Shown here in pieces: positions 1 to 12,469 of a DNA stretch of 64,000 nt. The position numbers were made by a program, and so were the translations under genes. The notes beneath the pieces are model-generated. The model worked only from the letters and a program-made list of their open reading frames with translations. It had not been told where the DNA came from and did not search any database. Positions within the stretch are counted from its first letter, which is position 1; the number at the start of each line of letters is the position of its first letter. The DNA comes from Carcharhinus amblyrhynchos. Its lineage: Eukaryota. The stretch covers positions 53,258,001-53,322,000 of the forward strand of contig OZ336882.1 in NCBI GenBank assembly GCA_965287045.1, read 5' to 3'.

Positions 1-2479
1 TGCATCCATACTTGTGAGATAAACAGCCGGATTGCTCTCAGGCTGCACCACTGGATGACTTAAATTTAACATGACACGTGCAAAAGACATGCAATGCACA
101 TGAGGCTCTGAGGACACAGGCAGAAGAAATATTACTTTTAACCTTTCTTGCAGGCAATGTAAAAAAGAAAAGGATTTGTGTGAACGAGCAAAGAGTTCGA
201 GACCTTTACCTAACATACACCAACTTGGCCCCAAAGCAATGGTAATCCTTGCTTATTAATGAGTTGGTATCCTGCCTGACTGAATGGCCTGTAGGATGAT
301 GTGTAATATGCTGACAATAGAATCTTTGCAATGTGCTACCAGCCTCATCCTGACAACTGAATAGTTGATCGTACAAGATTGTGATGTTTGCATTTGTTGG
401 AGCTGGTTGCCAGTTTTCTACAGCTAGTATAATTAGCAGATGTGGAATGAGTTCTGAAATCATTTTCCTGTTTTAATAAATTTGGTCCCCCATTTAATGT
501 GTTCATGTATTCAAAAGGTTAAGGTTCCTGAAGCCTCATGTTTTATTACAACTCATGAGCAAGGTCTCACTAAACCTCAAACCAAAGGATAGTGTAAGTG
601 TTGAATTAGGAGATAAATAAAATGAACCGTGATATGAAGTTTAAATCTCGAGTCTCCTTGTGTGCTTGAATTGAACAAATACCCTGATTTTGCAACTTCC
701 AAAAATGAACTACATCAAGGATGATATCTGAAGATTACACAGCAAGAGGAATCCAGGACCTGCAAGCATGGTGTTTGTACGGGAGACAGGAAGAGATCTA
801 ATCAAAACCAGAGGCAAAAATAAACTTCCAAATGTCTAACGACAGAAGTGAGTCAGTTTGAGCTGGTGTTGCAAGATTGCTCATTATTCAAACCTGCTCT
901 GTGAGTTACCTATTGAGAGGTGCTACAGTGGGAGAAAAGAAGCAAAGGAGACAAAGAAAGGAATTAGTGTCTTGATCTATTAGAATTCTAAATACTACTG
1001 TTGAGAAACATTACAAGTGATAGCAAAACCTGGGGACTCGAGTGTTACCTGTCCACTCAAATAAAAGGTGACTAGCAATGCAATTAAATAGTTGAAATTT
1101 GTTGTTGATGTTTTCAGGGACTGTGGGAAATTGATATTTTCATAAAAGCTATTGATTTTCACTGCATGGATGATGGTGAAAGCGAGGGACAAAATTGTTT
1201 CTTCCAGCACCCACCTCCCCCACACTGCTGCCATTCCACCACCCCCACTCCCCTACCCAATTGACCCTCTTGCTTCCAATCACTTTCCTCTGATATATGA
1301 GGGAAGCTATGTCTCAAGGAAATTCGAATAGGTTGAGTGGAAAGGCTTTGGAATGAATAAATCAGGAATATATTGTTTAATAATGCTTTGTTGGCACACC
1401 TTCTGACAGATCCTAGACAACACTCATACTGGTAAAAATCACACCGAGATTCAGAAACTTACATCTGAGTAAGTGGAATATTGTAAAATAATTGGAGGTT
1501 ACAGCAGGCAGTGGTTCAAACTGGAGACAAAATGGTTCATATACTCATCAAATCTATGTTCTTTAGTTGTAATACAGTGGTGATGAAGGCCACCATAAAC
1601 AACAATACAAACTAGTTAGTCTGAATGGCTTCCTTCTGTATTGTATATTCTGTTTAATGCTACACTTGCATGAGTCATGGCTGACATATAGAACTTCAGT
1701 GCAAACTTGGGTGAAATCAATGGAGTCAAATAGAAACTTCAAAAAAATTGAAATTTATTTTGCTGAATTGGATGTACTCAGGCATTGAGTTATTGAAAGG
1801 GGATGACTGGGGCAAGGTTTCTGGCTGCCAGCTCTTATGGTTCCAGGGGCACATGCTAGAAGACAGTAAGCCAGACTAGAGATAAAACACATTGGATCTC
1901 CACTCATTCTGCACTGTGGCAAAATGGATGTGACAAAATGTTTCTCATGATTGGAAATGTAGTATGCATTGAACTTTACCAGACAGAAAGGAGAAGATCT
2001 GGACTGGTAAGACATTAACTTTTAAAGGACTATCTCATTGGCTTTGAGGAGAATAGTGGAACTTGCCTTGTGCCGCTTCCATTCTAACTTTTATCTGTTT
2101 AATGTTTTGAGGTTTTTGCCTGATACCTGATTAGCAGCTGTTGCAAGTGTCATTTTGAAAATGGGTCACTCATTATTTTGTTTCATTTGAAGCAAACAGA
2201 AGAGAATGAGCAAAGAGAAGTGAAGCAGTGTGTACCATCACCCTCATAGCTCCATATTCATATACCTTAATCAAAGAACAATTACCTTCAATAGCTTCAG
2301 TTCACTGGAGAACAAATGACAGATTGTGTCATCTCTTAAAACCTGATCTTCAGCCAAACGCAGGAATGACACTGCCAGTTACTGTCAAGGTCAGAATGCT
2401 CTTGCTTTTATGGGCCTGCTCATTGTAAACTGCAACAGGGGACATCTTAAATATCAGTCAATCTGGAGTTCATAGACAG

Positions 2480-3220
2480 CGTCAACTGCTTGCATTTATA
2501 AAATGCCTTTAGCACGGTACCAAGGTGCTTGATAGGAGAATTATCAGACATAATTTGACACTGAGCAGCTTGAGGTTTCAAAAAACGCGGTGAAAGATGT
2601 ATATTTTAAGCATCGTCTTAAAGGAGAAGAGAGAGAGAAATGTTAGCACAGAGAGGTTGAAAATTCTAGAGCCAAAGGCCAAGGTAGCTGAACGATGAAG
2701 TGATTAAAACCAGCAATGTGCAAGAATCCAGAAAATAACTCAAAGGGTTTAAGATTGGTGCCAAAGGTAGCAAAGGACAAAGGAGTTAAGGAGCCAAATA
2801 TTTTCATTAAGGTGTAACTGAACTGGGAGCCTGTGTAGGTCAGTGAGCACAGGATCAAGAGGTGAATGGGGATCACTGTGATTTAGGACGTGGGCAGTAT
2901 TGCTTTAGATAGCTTAAATGGAATGGAAGATGGGAGGCTGGCTGGGAAGCATGGAATAGAAAAATGGAGAGTATAACAAACACTGGAGCTTTCAGCAACA
3001 GATCAGCTGCATGGGCAGAGATGGCTGTTGTTATGAAGTTAGAAGTAGACAGTCTTGGTGATGGAGCAGACATGTGAGTGGACGTTCATCTCAGAATCAA
3101 AGAAGATACCAAAGTTATGAACAGTTTTGTTCTGCTTCGGACAGTGACTATAGACAGAGGGATTGAGCCACTGGCCAGGGAGCAAAATTTGTGGTGGCCA
3201 CTGAAGACAGATCAAAGCAG
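2480..3220 (-). mobile_element. Degraded L2-clade LINE, 3' part of ORF2 and tail
   Basis: The minus-strand peptide HNFGIFFDSEMNVHSHVCSITKTVYF resembles the L2 RT C-terminal motif (NLGVIFD..L.F..HI..I.K.AYF). An L2-like tail lies at about 2485-2530. The frames are disrupted. Confidence 0.6.
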
Positions 3221-4155
3221 AGGATTGATGCTTTGTGCTCATCTATCATTTTCCACATGATAACAGAATGAGGTTTCTGTGCAATTTATTGCAATGGCAG
3301 GATTCCTCAAGCTTCTGAGTGTTATTACTGCAATTCTACAGATCCCTTCACAAAATCCTGAAAGCGTGAACTAAAGCATTGTTAATCCATATATATTTAT
3401 ATATCAAAGAGAACCATTGAAACTGGATCATGCAAGTGAATGCATGCATCCTTGGCAGCAGTCATCTTCATTTTTTGTACCATTCTTGATGCAGAAGGCA
3501 GAGTATAAGGCATATCTAAAGCATTCCATTCATTTATAGGTCTTGACATCACTTAGATTACTATAAACAGCAGCAGAACACAGATACAAGGCCAGGGAGC
3601 CATCAAGGTTATTGTTGAACAGAATTTAGGCATCTTGAAGTAGTGTCTCAGGTGCTTGAAGAGATGAAGGAGTGTCCCAAGATGACCATTCTGTGCTCCT
3701 TCACTTTGATATCCTGAGAGAAATAAGTCTGGTGCAGATGGATTTACTTGATACAGCATACTGAAATATTGGCGAGCTTTACCATAACAGAATTTCTAAG
3801 AACGTTAATATTTTATTTCAATCTCTTGTGCCTGTCGCTGCATTCAAACTTGCTTCAACCGCCCTAGTTCTATCTTCAATGAGCAAAATGACCTGGGATG
3901 TGAAGGAGGACAAACCTGGTTTATTGCGTTCCTATCATGAGCACCTGGAAAGATGCCTCTGATATTGAAGGTGTGCATTTCTCTTTGTGTGTTCAGCAAA
4001 AAAAGCAGCCCCTTTGCATCACAAATACGTAGGGATAAAGTTCCTATTCCTGAATACTGCAGAGATCATTGTAGGCATGATAGACAATTTGATGGACCAT
4101 TGAACGGTTTGTTGACCTCAGGGTGGATGGGACCGGAACATTCTGTCCATAGTAT

Positions 4156-4460
4156 GCACAGTGGTTAGCACTGCTGCTTCACAGTGTCAGGGACCCGGGT
4201 TTGATTCCCAGATTGGGTCACTGTCTGTGTGGAATTTGCACCTTCTCCCTGTGTCTGTGTGGGTTTCCTCTGGGTGCTCCGATTTCCTCCCATAGTCTGA
4301 GAGACATGTTGGTTAGATGCAGCAGCTATTCTAAATTCTTCATCAGTGTACCTGAACAGGCGTTGGAGTGTGGCAAGTTGGCGATTTTTACAGTAACTTC
4401 ATTGCAGTGTTAATGTAAGCCTACTTGTGACAATAATAAATACACTTAAAACTTAAAAAC
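4156..4460 (+). mobile_element. V-SINE / HE1-like tRNA-derived SINE
   Basis: tRNA-like head (GCACAGTGGTTAGCACTGCTGC...GGGTTTGATTCCC), V-domain core (TGTGTGGAATTTGCACCTTCTCCCTGTGTCTGTGTGGGTTTCCTC) and A-rich tail. Confidence 0.85.
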
Positions 4461-4666
4461 ACTGCTTACCCCTCTATCTATAGACAACAGATTCCTCTGG
4501 GCAGTCCAACCAAGGCCGGAGGGTTATTCACAATAAAAGTGAGACCAAACTCAAGAGATAGGCCAAGTGGAATTTTGGTGAGTGTTACACTTACTGCTCC
4601 AAGATACAACTATTTGAACACAAAGTGGAGCATTTACCTTAACATGGCTGTGACATATTAGGTAGC

Positions 4667-4796
4667 CATGATGTGGAGATGTGGCATTGGACTGGGGTAA
4701 GCACAGTAAGAAGTCTCACAACACCAGGTTAAAGTCCAATAGGTTTATTTGGTAGCAAAATCCACAAGCTTTCAGAGCACTGCCCCTTCACCAGGT
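4667..4796 (-). mobile_element. Solo Penelope pLTR 3' end (degenerate hammerhead + tail), related subfamily
   Basis: The reverse complement aligns to 53882-54010 and ends at the same ...CACATCATG. It is flanked by CATATTAGGTAGC (4654-4666) and CATGTTAGGTACC (4797-4809), a 13-bp TSD with 2 mismatches. Confidence 0.8.
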
Positions 4797-4829
4797 CATG
4801 TTAGGTACCTAGGGTAGTGTTTAGTAATT

Positions 4830-5150
4830 TTGTTTTTCTTTTATTTGGGCATCACTGACGAGACCAACATATGTTGCCCATCCCTAATTGTCCTTGAACT
4901 GAGTGGTAGTGAAGAATTGCTGCAGATCTGGAATCACATGTAAGCCAGACCAGGGTAAAGACAGCAGAATTCCTTCCCTAAAGAACATCAGATGGGGTTT
5001 TGCAACAATCAACAATGGTTTCAGGGTCTTCAGTAAACTTTAATTCCAGATTTATTTATTGTATTGAATTCAAATTTGACCATCTTCCGTGGTAGGATTG
5101 GAAGCTGGGTCTCTGGTCCAGTGGGGGTGCCACTAATCCACTGCCTTCCC
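4830..5150 (-). mobile_element. tRNA-derived SINE (same family as 58255-58600)
   Basis: Reverse-complement similarity to 58255-58600, including the GGTGGAATTTGAATTCAAT core and the GGGCAA..AGGGATGGGCAA tail. Confidence 0.6.
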
Positions 5151-5897
5151 TAAAGTACCAATGTAATTCAAAAGGGATACTATTGCATATCACTATACAC
5201 ATGCTAGCATTTTCTCATCCCCTGTGCTCAATCCTCAACTTGTTAATGATGAGATGCCTGATGAAGATGTTCAATTCAATGCAATAGTGTTGAGCTTAGA
5301 CTGAAGCTGAAAGAATTTAATTACTTTGTCAGCCTTAACAGTCATTAGAGAGATGAGATCTCAGGATGATTGAAAAGAAATATACCCTAACCTTGCATAA
5401 TCAACTCATTTTACGGTTGGTTAATTTACAATTAACTAGTGCTGTCTAACAGTGGTTGAAATTTAGGAATTCTGTTCCAAAAGCTTTTTTTAAAATGATA
5501 AAATTAAATATTCCATTCTAATGAATGGATGGCAAGCTTCTCATTAAGAATAACAGTGCCCTGAACCTTTGGATTATAAAAAGCATCACCACAGTCACGT
5601 ATTACCACTACATCATCTCCAATTGACGTCATTATCTAGTTGAAGTAAACAGTTGGACTTTTGTTTTTCTTCGTTTTGCATGTCAATTTTCTTTCCACCT
5701 ATCTTCCCTGAAAACAATGGTTTGTTCTTGCAGTACAATTTCATGTTATCAGTTGCCCTCCCCTCCAGAAGTGCAAGTCTTTGGAAAGTTTGCTGGCAGG
5801 CTTTTCCATTTTAAGAGGCATCAACACCAAATCCAGCTCAGCCAACATGCAGACAAATAACCTTCCGGCTTCAGTTGGAGAATAGAGTTCAGGAGCA

Positions 5898-6003
5898 GGC
5901 AGTGGGGAGGTGGTGATAGTTGTTGGGGGGTGGAGTGGGTGGAGTGGGGTGGGGGTGATGAGGGTGGGGGGGTGGAATGGTGGGGGGGGGAGGGTGGCGT
6001 GGT
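5898..6003 (+). repeat. G-rich low-complexity tract (G-quadruplex-capable)
   Basis: Multiple runs of 3 or more G with short spacers. Confidence 0.6.
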
Positions 6004-7329
6004 TGATATTTCTCAATGGCGCAAAGGCAAGTTATACGAAATCTATAGTTTCCTTAACTAACTAAACACAGACTGGCATTGAATCTGAGACCTTTCTGAC
6101 TGGAAGGCTAGCCATTCATTGGGTACACACACTGACCAATAGCTGGGGGTTGTTTGTTGAATTTCTAACATTCAATATTTTGGCCCTTAAAAATATATTC
6201 ACAAGATCACGAGACATATAAGGAAGGACCTCGAGTGTGTTTTAGTTGATCTGTATGGAAGCAGTTTATTTCACAGGTACCTTGTCGCACCTTTCTCTTA
6301 ATGTCAGCTGCAATTTCAGAGTGAGTGTTTAAATTATATCCATTTATAAAATCCACATTCCTAACACTTTGCTAAATTTCCACAGAGATGGAAAGGCTCC
6401 ATGCCTTAGTCAAATGCCCTACTGGGTGCCAGAGTCCCAAATCCAGAAGTCCCATCTCTAGATCCTGCACCCACTATTTTCATGGGGTGTGGGTGGTAGA
6501 TGGGAATTAAAGGTGGAATATACTCTACAGTTTTTGGAGGCACATTTAAACTTGCAGCTAACTTCACTCAGAAGCAATTTTCATCACTTTCCCTTCTTTG
6601 TGAAATTTGGGCACGAGAAGTGGAAAAGGAAATGGCATGTTAATCTACCAGTTTCACATAATTTCACACATATATGTATTCGCTTACATACATGAATTAT
6701 GTTTTCTGGCTTATTGATGTTTAATGTTAGGAAATGAAGCTGAATGAATAAAGGGTAGCCTGGTTTTTGTTTGTGTTGTTCCCAGATGGCACGCTATGCT
6801 CTCAACTACAAACTACCCTCCGCTCCTGTTCCTTAGAGTAACGCAGTTTGACCATGACAGTGTGCAACTTTGAGAGTCCTGGTCAAAGTCCAAATGTCCT
6901 GAAAGAGGGTGGGTAGAATTTGGCAAGGAATTGTGTAAATGTGATGTTTATCAGACAATTCCTGAGACATTATACTAATCTGACACAACACAGAATATTG
7001 CGAGCAACTGATGGTGCCAAGGTGCTACTGTCTCCATGGCTGTATCTTGTGAAGCTATTCTAGCCTTAACTCAGCAGTGTGTACTCCTTCATTACAAAGC
7101 AATAATGATTATCAAGAACCTATGATTCTCCTTCCAATGCTTGCAGCATCAGGAACCAGTTGGAGAGCCATTACAGTTAATACATTTCCTCCAAGCAATA
7201 GTAACACTTGCATCTACATCCTGCTTCACAGCAGGAACTCCTTATCAACCCTCTTTTTGTACCACTTCTGAGTCCTGTAGCCCACATTGGGCCCACAATC
7301 CAGCTGTTCAGGAAAGTCCCTCTCAAGTC

Positions 7330-7770
7330 AGGTTTGGGAAATTGGGAATTTCCTCGTTTGGAAAGCCTTGATTCCCTTACTGGTTACAAAGCTGTCGATC
7401 TCAACCTTAAACATACACAATAACCCAGCTGCTACAGTCTTCTGCAGTGAAGAATTTCACAGATTGACTATCTTCTGAAAGAAGAAATTCTTCCTCATGT
7501 ATAGACGCAGTGAGTGATTTGATTCCGGGATGTTCCGACTGAGCGTAATTGGGAAGAGATTCAATTGTGGCTTTTAGGAGTGAAATAAATATAGTCAGTT
7601 GTTGTTAAAAGATGAGAAAGCACTCTTTAAAAAATGGGAATGATGAAGTTACACACATATGAGGAAATATATACAGGTGAGGGATTGCATTGGACAACCC
7701 TTTCAAGGAGCCAGCATTAGCATAATGGGTCAGATGGTTTCCGTCTATGTTGTATAATAATGCTATGATT
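7330..7770. mobile_element. CR1 LINE 3' fragments (minus, then plus orientation)
   Basis: GAAGAATTTCACAGATTGACTATCTTCTGAAAGAAGAAATTCTTCCTC is a minus-strand CR1 motif. It is followed by a plus-strand CR1-type tail ending in CTATGATTCT. Confidence 0.5.
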
Positions 7771-8038
7771 CTCCAGGCTAATATTAACAGAAATGAACTA
7801 CATGGTCAAACATTCTTCTGCACTTTGTGGTTTGTGCATAAGTTAATTGCTATATTTGCAGTTGCACTTTAAAAGTATTCCGGTAGTTATCAAATGCTTT
7901 GAGAAAACCTGTGATCATGATAATAAGATAAATTAAATGCAGGTTATTTCCATACTGTATATCTTGAAGCTGCTGAGAAGCAAATATCGATTAGAATATT
8001 TGTTTTATATTGTCATTCCACTGCAGTGGAGATATCCT

Positions 8039-8128
8039 GGCAGTGCAGTGGCACAGTGGTTAGCACTGCTACCTCTCAGTGCCATGGATCCAGGTTCAAT
8101 TCTAGCCATAGGTGATTGTTTGTGTTTG
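8039..8128 (+). mobile_element. V-SINE 5' fragment
   Basis: GGCAGTGCAGTGGCACAGTGGTTAGCACTGCT...GGTTCAATTC tRNA-like head only. Confidence 0.7.
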
Positions 8129-8959
8129 TTGTGAAGTTGAGTTTGTGAAGTTGGAATGTGATGATGATAAAGATATAAAAAATTGTGAAAATGCTAGAGG
8201 CAAAAAAAACATTGTGTGGTCCCTTTAAAAGCTGGTTTTGTTTCAGTGCTTGGAAGTTTAAAATGCAAAGTATATCCAAAGTCCAAGCTGAAACATTTGT
8301 ATCAAAAAGTCCAGCAGTAGTCTTGACAAAAACAACCTGTTGTTCTTTGAACTTTGTCAAATCAATTTAAAGAAGACACTCAGCTACCAAGAACCTATTC
8401 CTACTGTAGGAAAATTGATAGGTCACCATAGGTAAAAAAGAAAGTGCAAAAGGGAAAAAAAGAGTTAACAATTGCTGCCTCTCAGGTCTTGAGAGGGAGA
8501 GAGCAGCTCCCCGCTCTGCCAACATCATATATTTCTTAAGAGAATGCACCATCTAACCAGTAAAAGGTACCAAATTAAAAAGAACTTACAGAGTGAAAAA
8601 TCTACCGAAAAATTCCAGAAGATTCCGAAAGATGCAAACCTGCTTGTATATTTTTTGAAAGTGACTAAATTTCTATTGTTACTTTTTCAGTTAATGAATG
8701 AATATTGTACTTATTTGAACAGCATTCCAATAGAATCTTACTTTTATTTGGAAGTTCCTTGTTTGGTTAAGGTTAGTTAAATAAATAAATTGTTAAATGT
8801 TCATTTTAAAGTGAGTGTCAGGCATTTCTGTTAGTTAACCATTAAACATTACTGAAGGATGGTTCATCTTCCCACACACATTTAGCAGGTTACAAGGCGA
8901 GGTAGTCCTCTTTGAAGGATTTGGCGTTATTTCTTTAAGGGCCAACCTCCACGTCAGAA

Positions 8960-9200
8960 CAGTATGGAGTTTACACATTTTCCCCATGTTGGCATGGGCT
9001 TCCTCCGGGTGCTCTGGCTTCCTCCCATAGACCAAAAATATGTGGATTAGGTGGATTGGCCATGATTAATTGCCCTTAGTGTCAGGGGGACCAACAGGGT
9101 AAATACATGAGGTTACAGGGTAGTGCATGGATGGGATTGCTGTTAGTCCAGGCTTGATAGGCTGAATAACCTCCTTTATACTGTAGAGATTCTATGATTT
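8960..9200 (+). mobile_element. V-SINE, 5'-truncated, CR1-type tail
   Basis: V-domain core and the tail CTGTAGAGATTCTATGATT. Confidence 0.75.
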
Positions 9201-10013
9201 ATCTTAGGTTTGTTGCTTGTGTCAAAACTGAGTTCTTTATGTAGAGTTTATGAAGGACAGGTTTAGATCAGTTGTAGGAAATGTACTCCCTTGATGTGCA
9301 TATCACTATGCCCTGCTCATTTGAAGGCATAGAGCAGCTTCCTCACCAATGCTTGGGATAGCTTTTCAACTTGACTGCTGCGGGCATGTGAACTTTGTCA
9401 TCCCTCGTGGTCTTTCCCTTTTCTATAGTGCATCATCCACTCATTCCTCCTTTGGAGTGGTTTGCATCAGTTGCCAGCAGTTGCTCGTGCTTAATTATGA
9501 ATGATTTTTCTACAAAACAGGCCTTTTTCGAGCACTACGATTAGCATTCCTGCAAATAAAGACAAATGTAGAGCTGCTCGTCATTGTATTCACGGGGGAT
9601 GAGTAACACAAATGTGTCATGGCTTTGCTCCAAGAATCGATTGAGATCTTACTGCTGCACACTTCTCTATGCTCACAAGGCAAGGGAGATTCTACACATG
9701 CAAACTGATTGATTCACTTGACAAACACACACACACTGTAGTGCTAGCACTCATAAGCTTAACATCCCTGGCTAACAGTAAACTGTGAGCATTGACTTAC
9801 TGTGAGTGAAACATGGTACAGGACCAAAAGGATGTATAAAAAGCTGCCTGTTAAAGAGGATGGATCAACTAACATGTGAAGGCAAATTAAATGACATTTA
9901 TATTTAGTGTGTTATTGGTGTATCTGTAATCGGATTTCAAAGGAATTCAATTGAAGTAAAAGTGTAATTACAGTGGCTCTACAGGAAATCCATCAGAGCA
10001 GAATGCATAATTA

Positions 10014-10155
10014 GGACGGAATTTCCCCATCCCATCTGCCCGCCATGGGAATCCTAACGAGCGGGGAGGGGGTGGGGAAACAACCATGCAGACGTCTGTT
10101 GATCTAGGGTGGCATTTTCCAGTCTTGGGGGGAGCATGGCTGGAAAATCTCACCC
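10014..10155. mobile_element. MITE, PIF/Harbinger-type
   Basis: Imperfect TIRs GGACGGAATTT / AAAATCTCACCC with a TTA duplication on both sides (10011-10013, 10156-10158). Related copies lie at about 14767-14890, 16320-16440, 18421-18550, 23513-23723, 28664-28780 and 56663-56780. Confidence 0.65.
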
Positions 10156-11420
10156 TTAATCCCTATTTGGCACTTGGGTCCTCTTAAAAGGATGAATACA
10201 ATTACAGGTATGTTTTGCCGGTGAATGACATCTTTAAAGCCTTCAAAAGCTGTCAAGTTTAAATCATTTTCCACAGGTGATTAAATTAAATATTGAACAA
10301 GAGTTCTATTTGTTAGTATATTGAGGTGTGATGCTTCAGGTAGTGAATGAGGTCAGTACATCTCCATGTCATTTGCCTTTATATAAAGAATCGTACCCTC
10401 GCTATGATTCTTTTTCAATTCCATAATAAAGCCGACTTCCTTTAAACTTTTACTGGCTTGTAACTATATTGTAACAGGCTCTATAAAAGTCTCAGGCAGC
10501 CAAAATTTAATTCTTGTCAGGAATGGAAACAAAGGGAAGATTTATGAATAGTAAACTGGTAAAACGTTTTACAGGGTATGACTGAGTAATTGTTGTTCAT
10601 TACCTGAATAAGATTTATTATAATGAACCTCACATCCAGCCAGAACCATTGTCCAATAACGCAGTGATGTATAATAACCAGAGACTGGGAGCTGCATGTC
10701 CAGAACTGGAAATCTTGTTTGACTAATTAATTGGATCAGACATGTCCTTGAGCAGTGCCTTAGTAAGCGATGCAAAGCTTATGTGAACATTCAATATTAA
10801 TTGATTGCTGAAACACAGTCACCTTTTTGGCACTGACCGGTTCGAACAAAATGTTTCCTTCCTGGCAGAAAAAAACTGCATAATTATCAGTTAGCACAAT
10901 ACCTTTCTCCAAAGCTCTGGTTTCACTCTTGTTACAGTCTGTGATCGATTTTTATACACCGCTGCTTTTTCATAAAAGGCTGCAGGAAGAATGAGCACTT
11001 TGAAGACGCCTCATCTTTCTGATGCAATTGTGCTCTAACTCCAGTGGATCCGTGGCAGGAAGGCCAGATATTAGGCTGGGAACCAGACACACAGGACAGC
11101 TGTATTAGGAGTAAAGCCTCCCTGGGACAACTAATTGTGAAGAGCAACTGGGGCCAGGTATTTTGGAGGTGGAATGAATCATTTGCAGCCGCTATGACAA
11201 TGGAAGTGAGATGCACATGAGGCCCACTTGGCAGCCCGGGCCTCCCATGAAGACTGAATGCACCTTAGGACAGATACCAGACCTTGTAAATGAGATGTAA
11301 GGGGCAGTTATGTTGACTTTTGGTGGATATGGGGATTTGGTGGATGTGAGACAGTGGGGAATAGATAACCCACTATAACAAAGGTGGATTAATAACTACC
11401 ATCTTGTGACATGTAATCTC

Positions 11421-11758
11421 ATAGAACATAGAACCCTACAGTGCAGGAAGAGGACCTTCAGCCCGTCGAGTCTGCACTGAACACAATCCCACCCAGGCCC
11501 TATCCCCATATATTACACCCACTAATCCCTCTAACCTACGCATTGCTAGATACTAAGGGGCAATTTCTTAGCATGGCCAATCAACCTAACCCGCACATCT
11601 TTGGACTGTGGGAGGAAACCAGAGCACCCGGAGGAAACCCACGCAGACACAAGGAGAATGTGCAAACTCCACACAAGCAGTGACCCAAGCCAGGAATCAA
11701 ACTCAGGACCCTGGAGCTGTGAAGCAGCAGTGCTACCCACTGTGCTACTGTGCCACCC
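11421..11758 (-). mobile_element. V-SINE / HE1-like, full length
   Basis: The reverse complement has the tRNA head, V core (GGAGGAAACCAGAGCACCCGGAGGAAACCCACGCAGACAC on +) and CR1-like tail. Confidence 0.9.
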
Positions 11759-11799
11759 AAATAGTCACGCATATCAGAGGTATATTGTTTCCTATGTAG

Positions 11800-12465
11800 A
11801 AGACATCACTAGAACCTGATGGCTTACACCTAAGGGTCCAAAAATAAATAGCTGCAGAGATAGTGGATGTGCTGGCTATAGTTTTCCAAAATTCTTTATA
11901 TTCGGGAATGCTCTCACTGGATTGTAAGTTGGCAAATGTTACTTCACTTTTCAGGAGAGAAGAGAGAGAAGACAGTGAACTGCAGACCAATTAGTTTAAA
12001 ATCAAGTGTTGGGAAAATACTGGGATCTGCTTTTAAGTCTCAACCATGTACTAAGAAAAGCAGACTATGATTAGGACAAATCAAAATGGTTTCATTAAAG
12101 GTAAATCCTATTTGGCAGATTTATTAGAATTTTCTGGGGATGTAATCAGTAACATATATAAAGGGGGATGTACTTAAATCTAATATGCCTAGAGTTCCAA
12201 AAGGCATTCACTAAGCTGCCACACAAAATGTTAAAGTGTTAATGTTCACTTGCATTCCCTTCAATGTGGTTTATTGTGTTTGCTGCTCCCAATGTGGCTT
12301 CCTCTACCTATGGAAGACTAAATCAGACTGGATGACATGATAAAGGCTCTTGGAATTGGCTGTATACATATTTTAGCAGGGACAGTGGGTTGGTTAATGG
12401 ATAGAAAGCAGAGACTGGACATAAACAGGACTTTCTCAATTTGGCAGGCGGTAAATAGTGAAGTG
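11800..12465 (+). mobile_element. CR1 LINE ORF2 (RT N-terminal) fragment, interrupted at 12245-12336
   Basis: Decayed codons for the PDGLHP, DW..ANVT.LF, RPISL.S..GK and GF.KGKS motifs. Confidence 0.75.
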
Positions 12466-12469
12466 AACA

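Noticed and set aside
4156-4230. tRNA genes
   Set aside because: The tRNA-like A/B boxes here and elsewhere are SINE heads and do not form complete cloverleafs.
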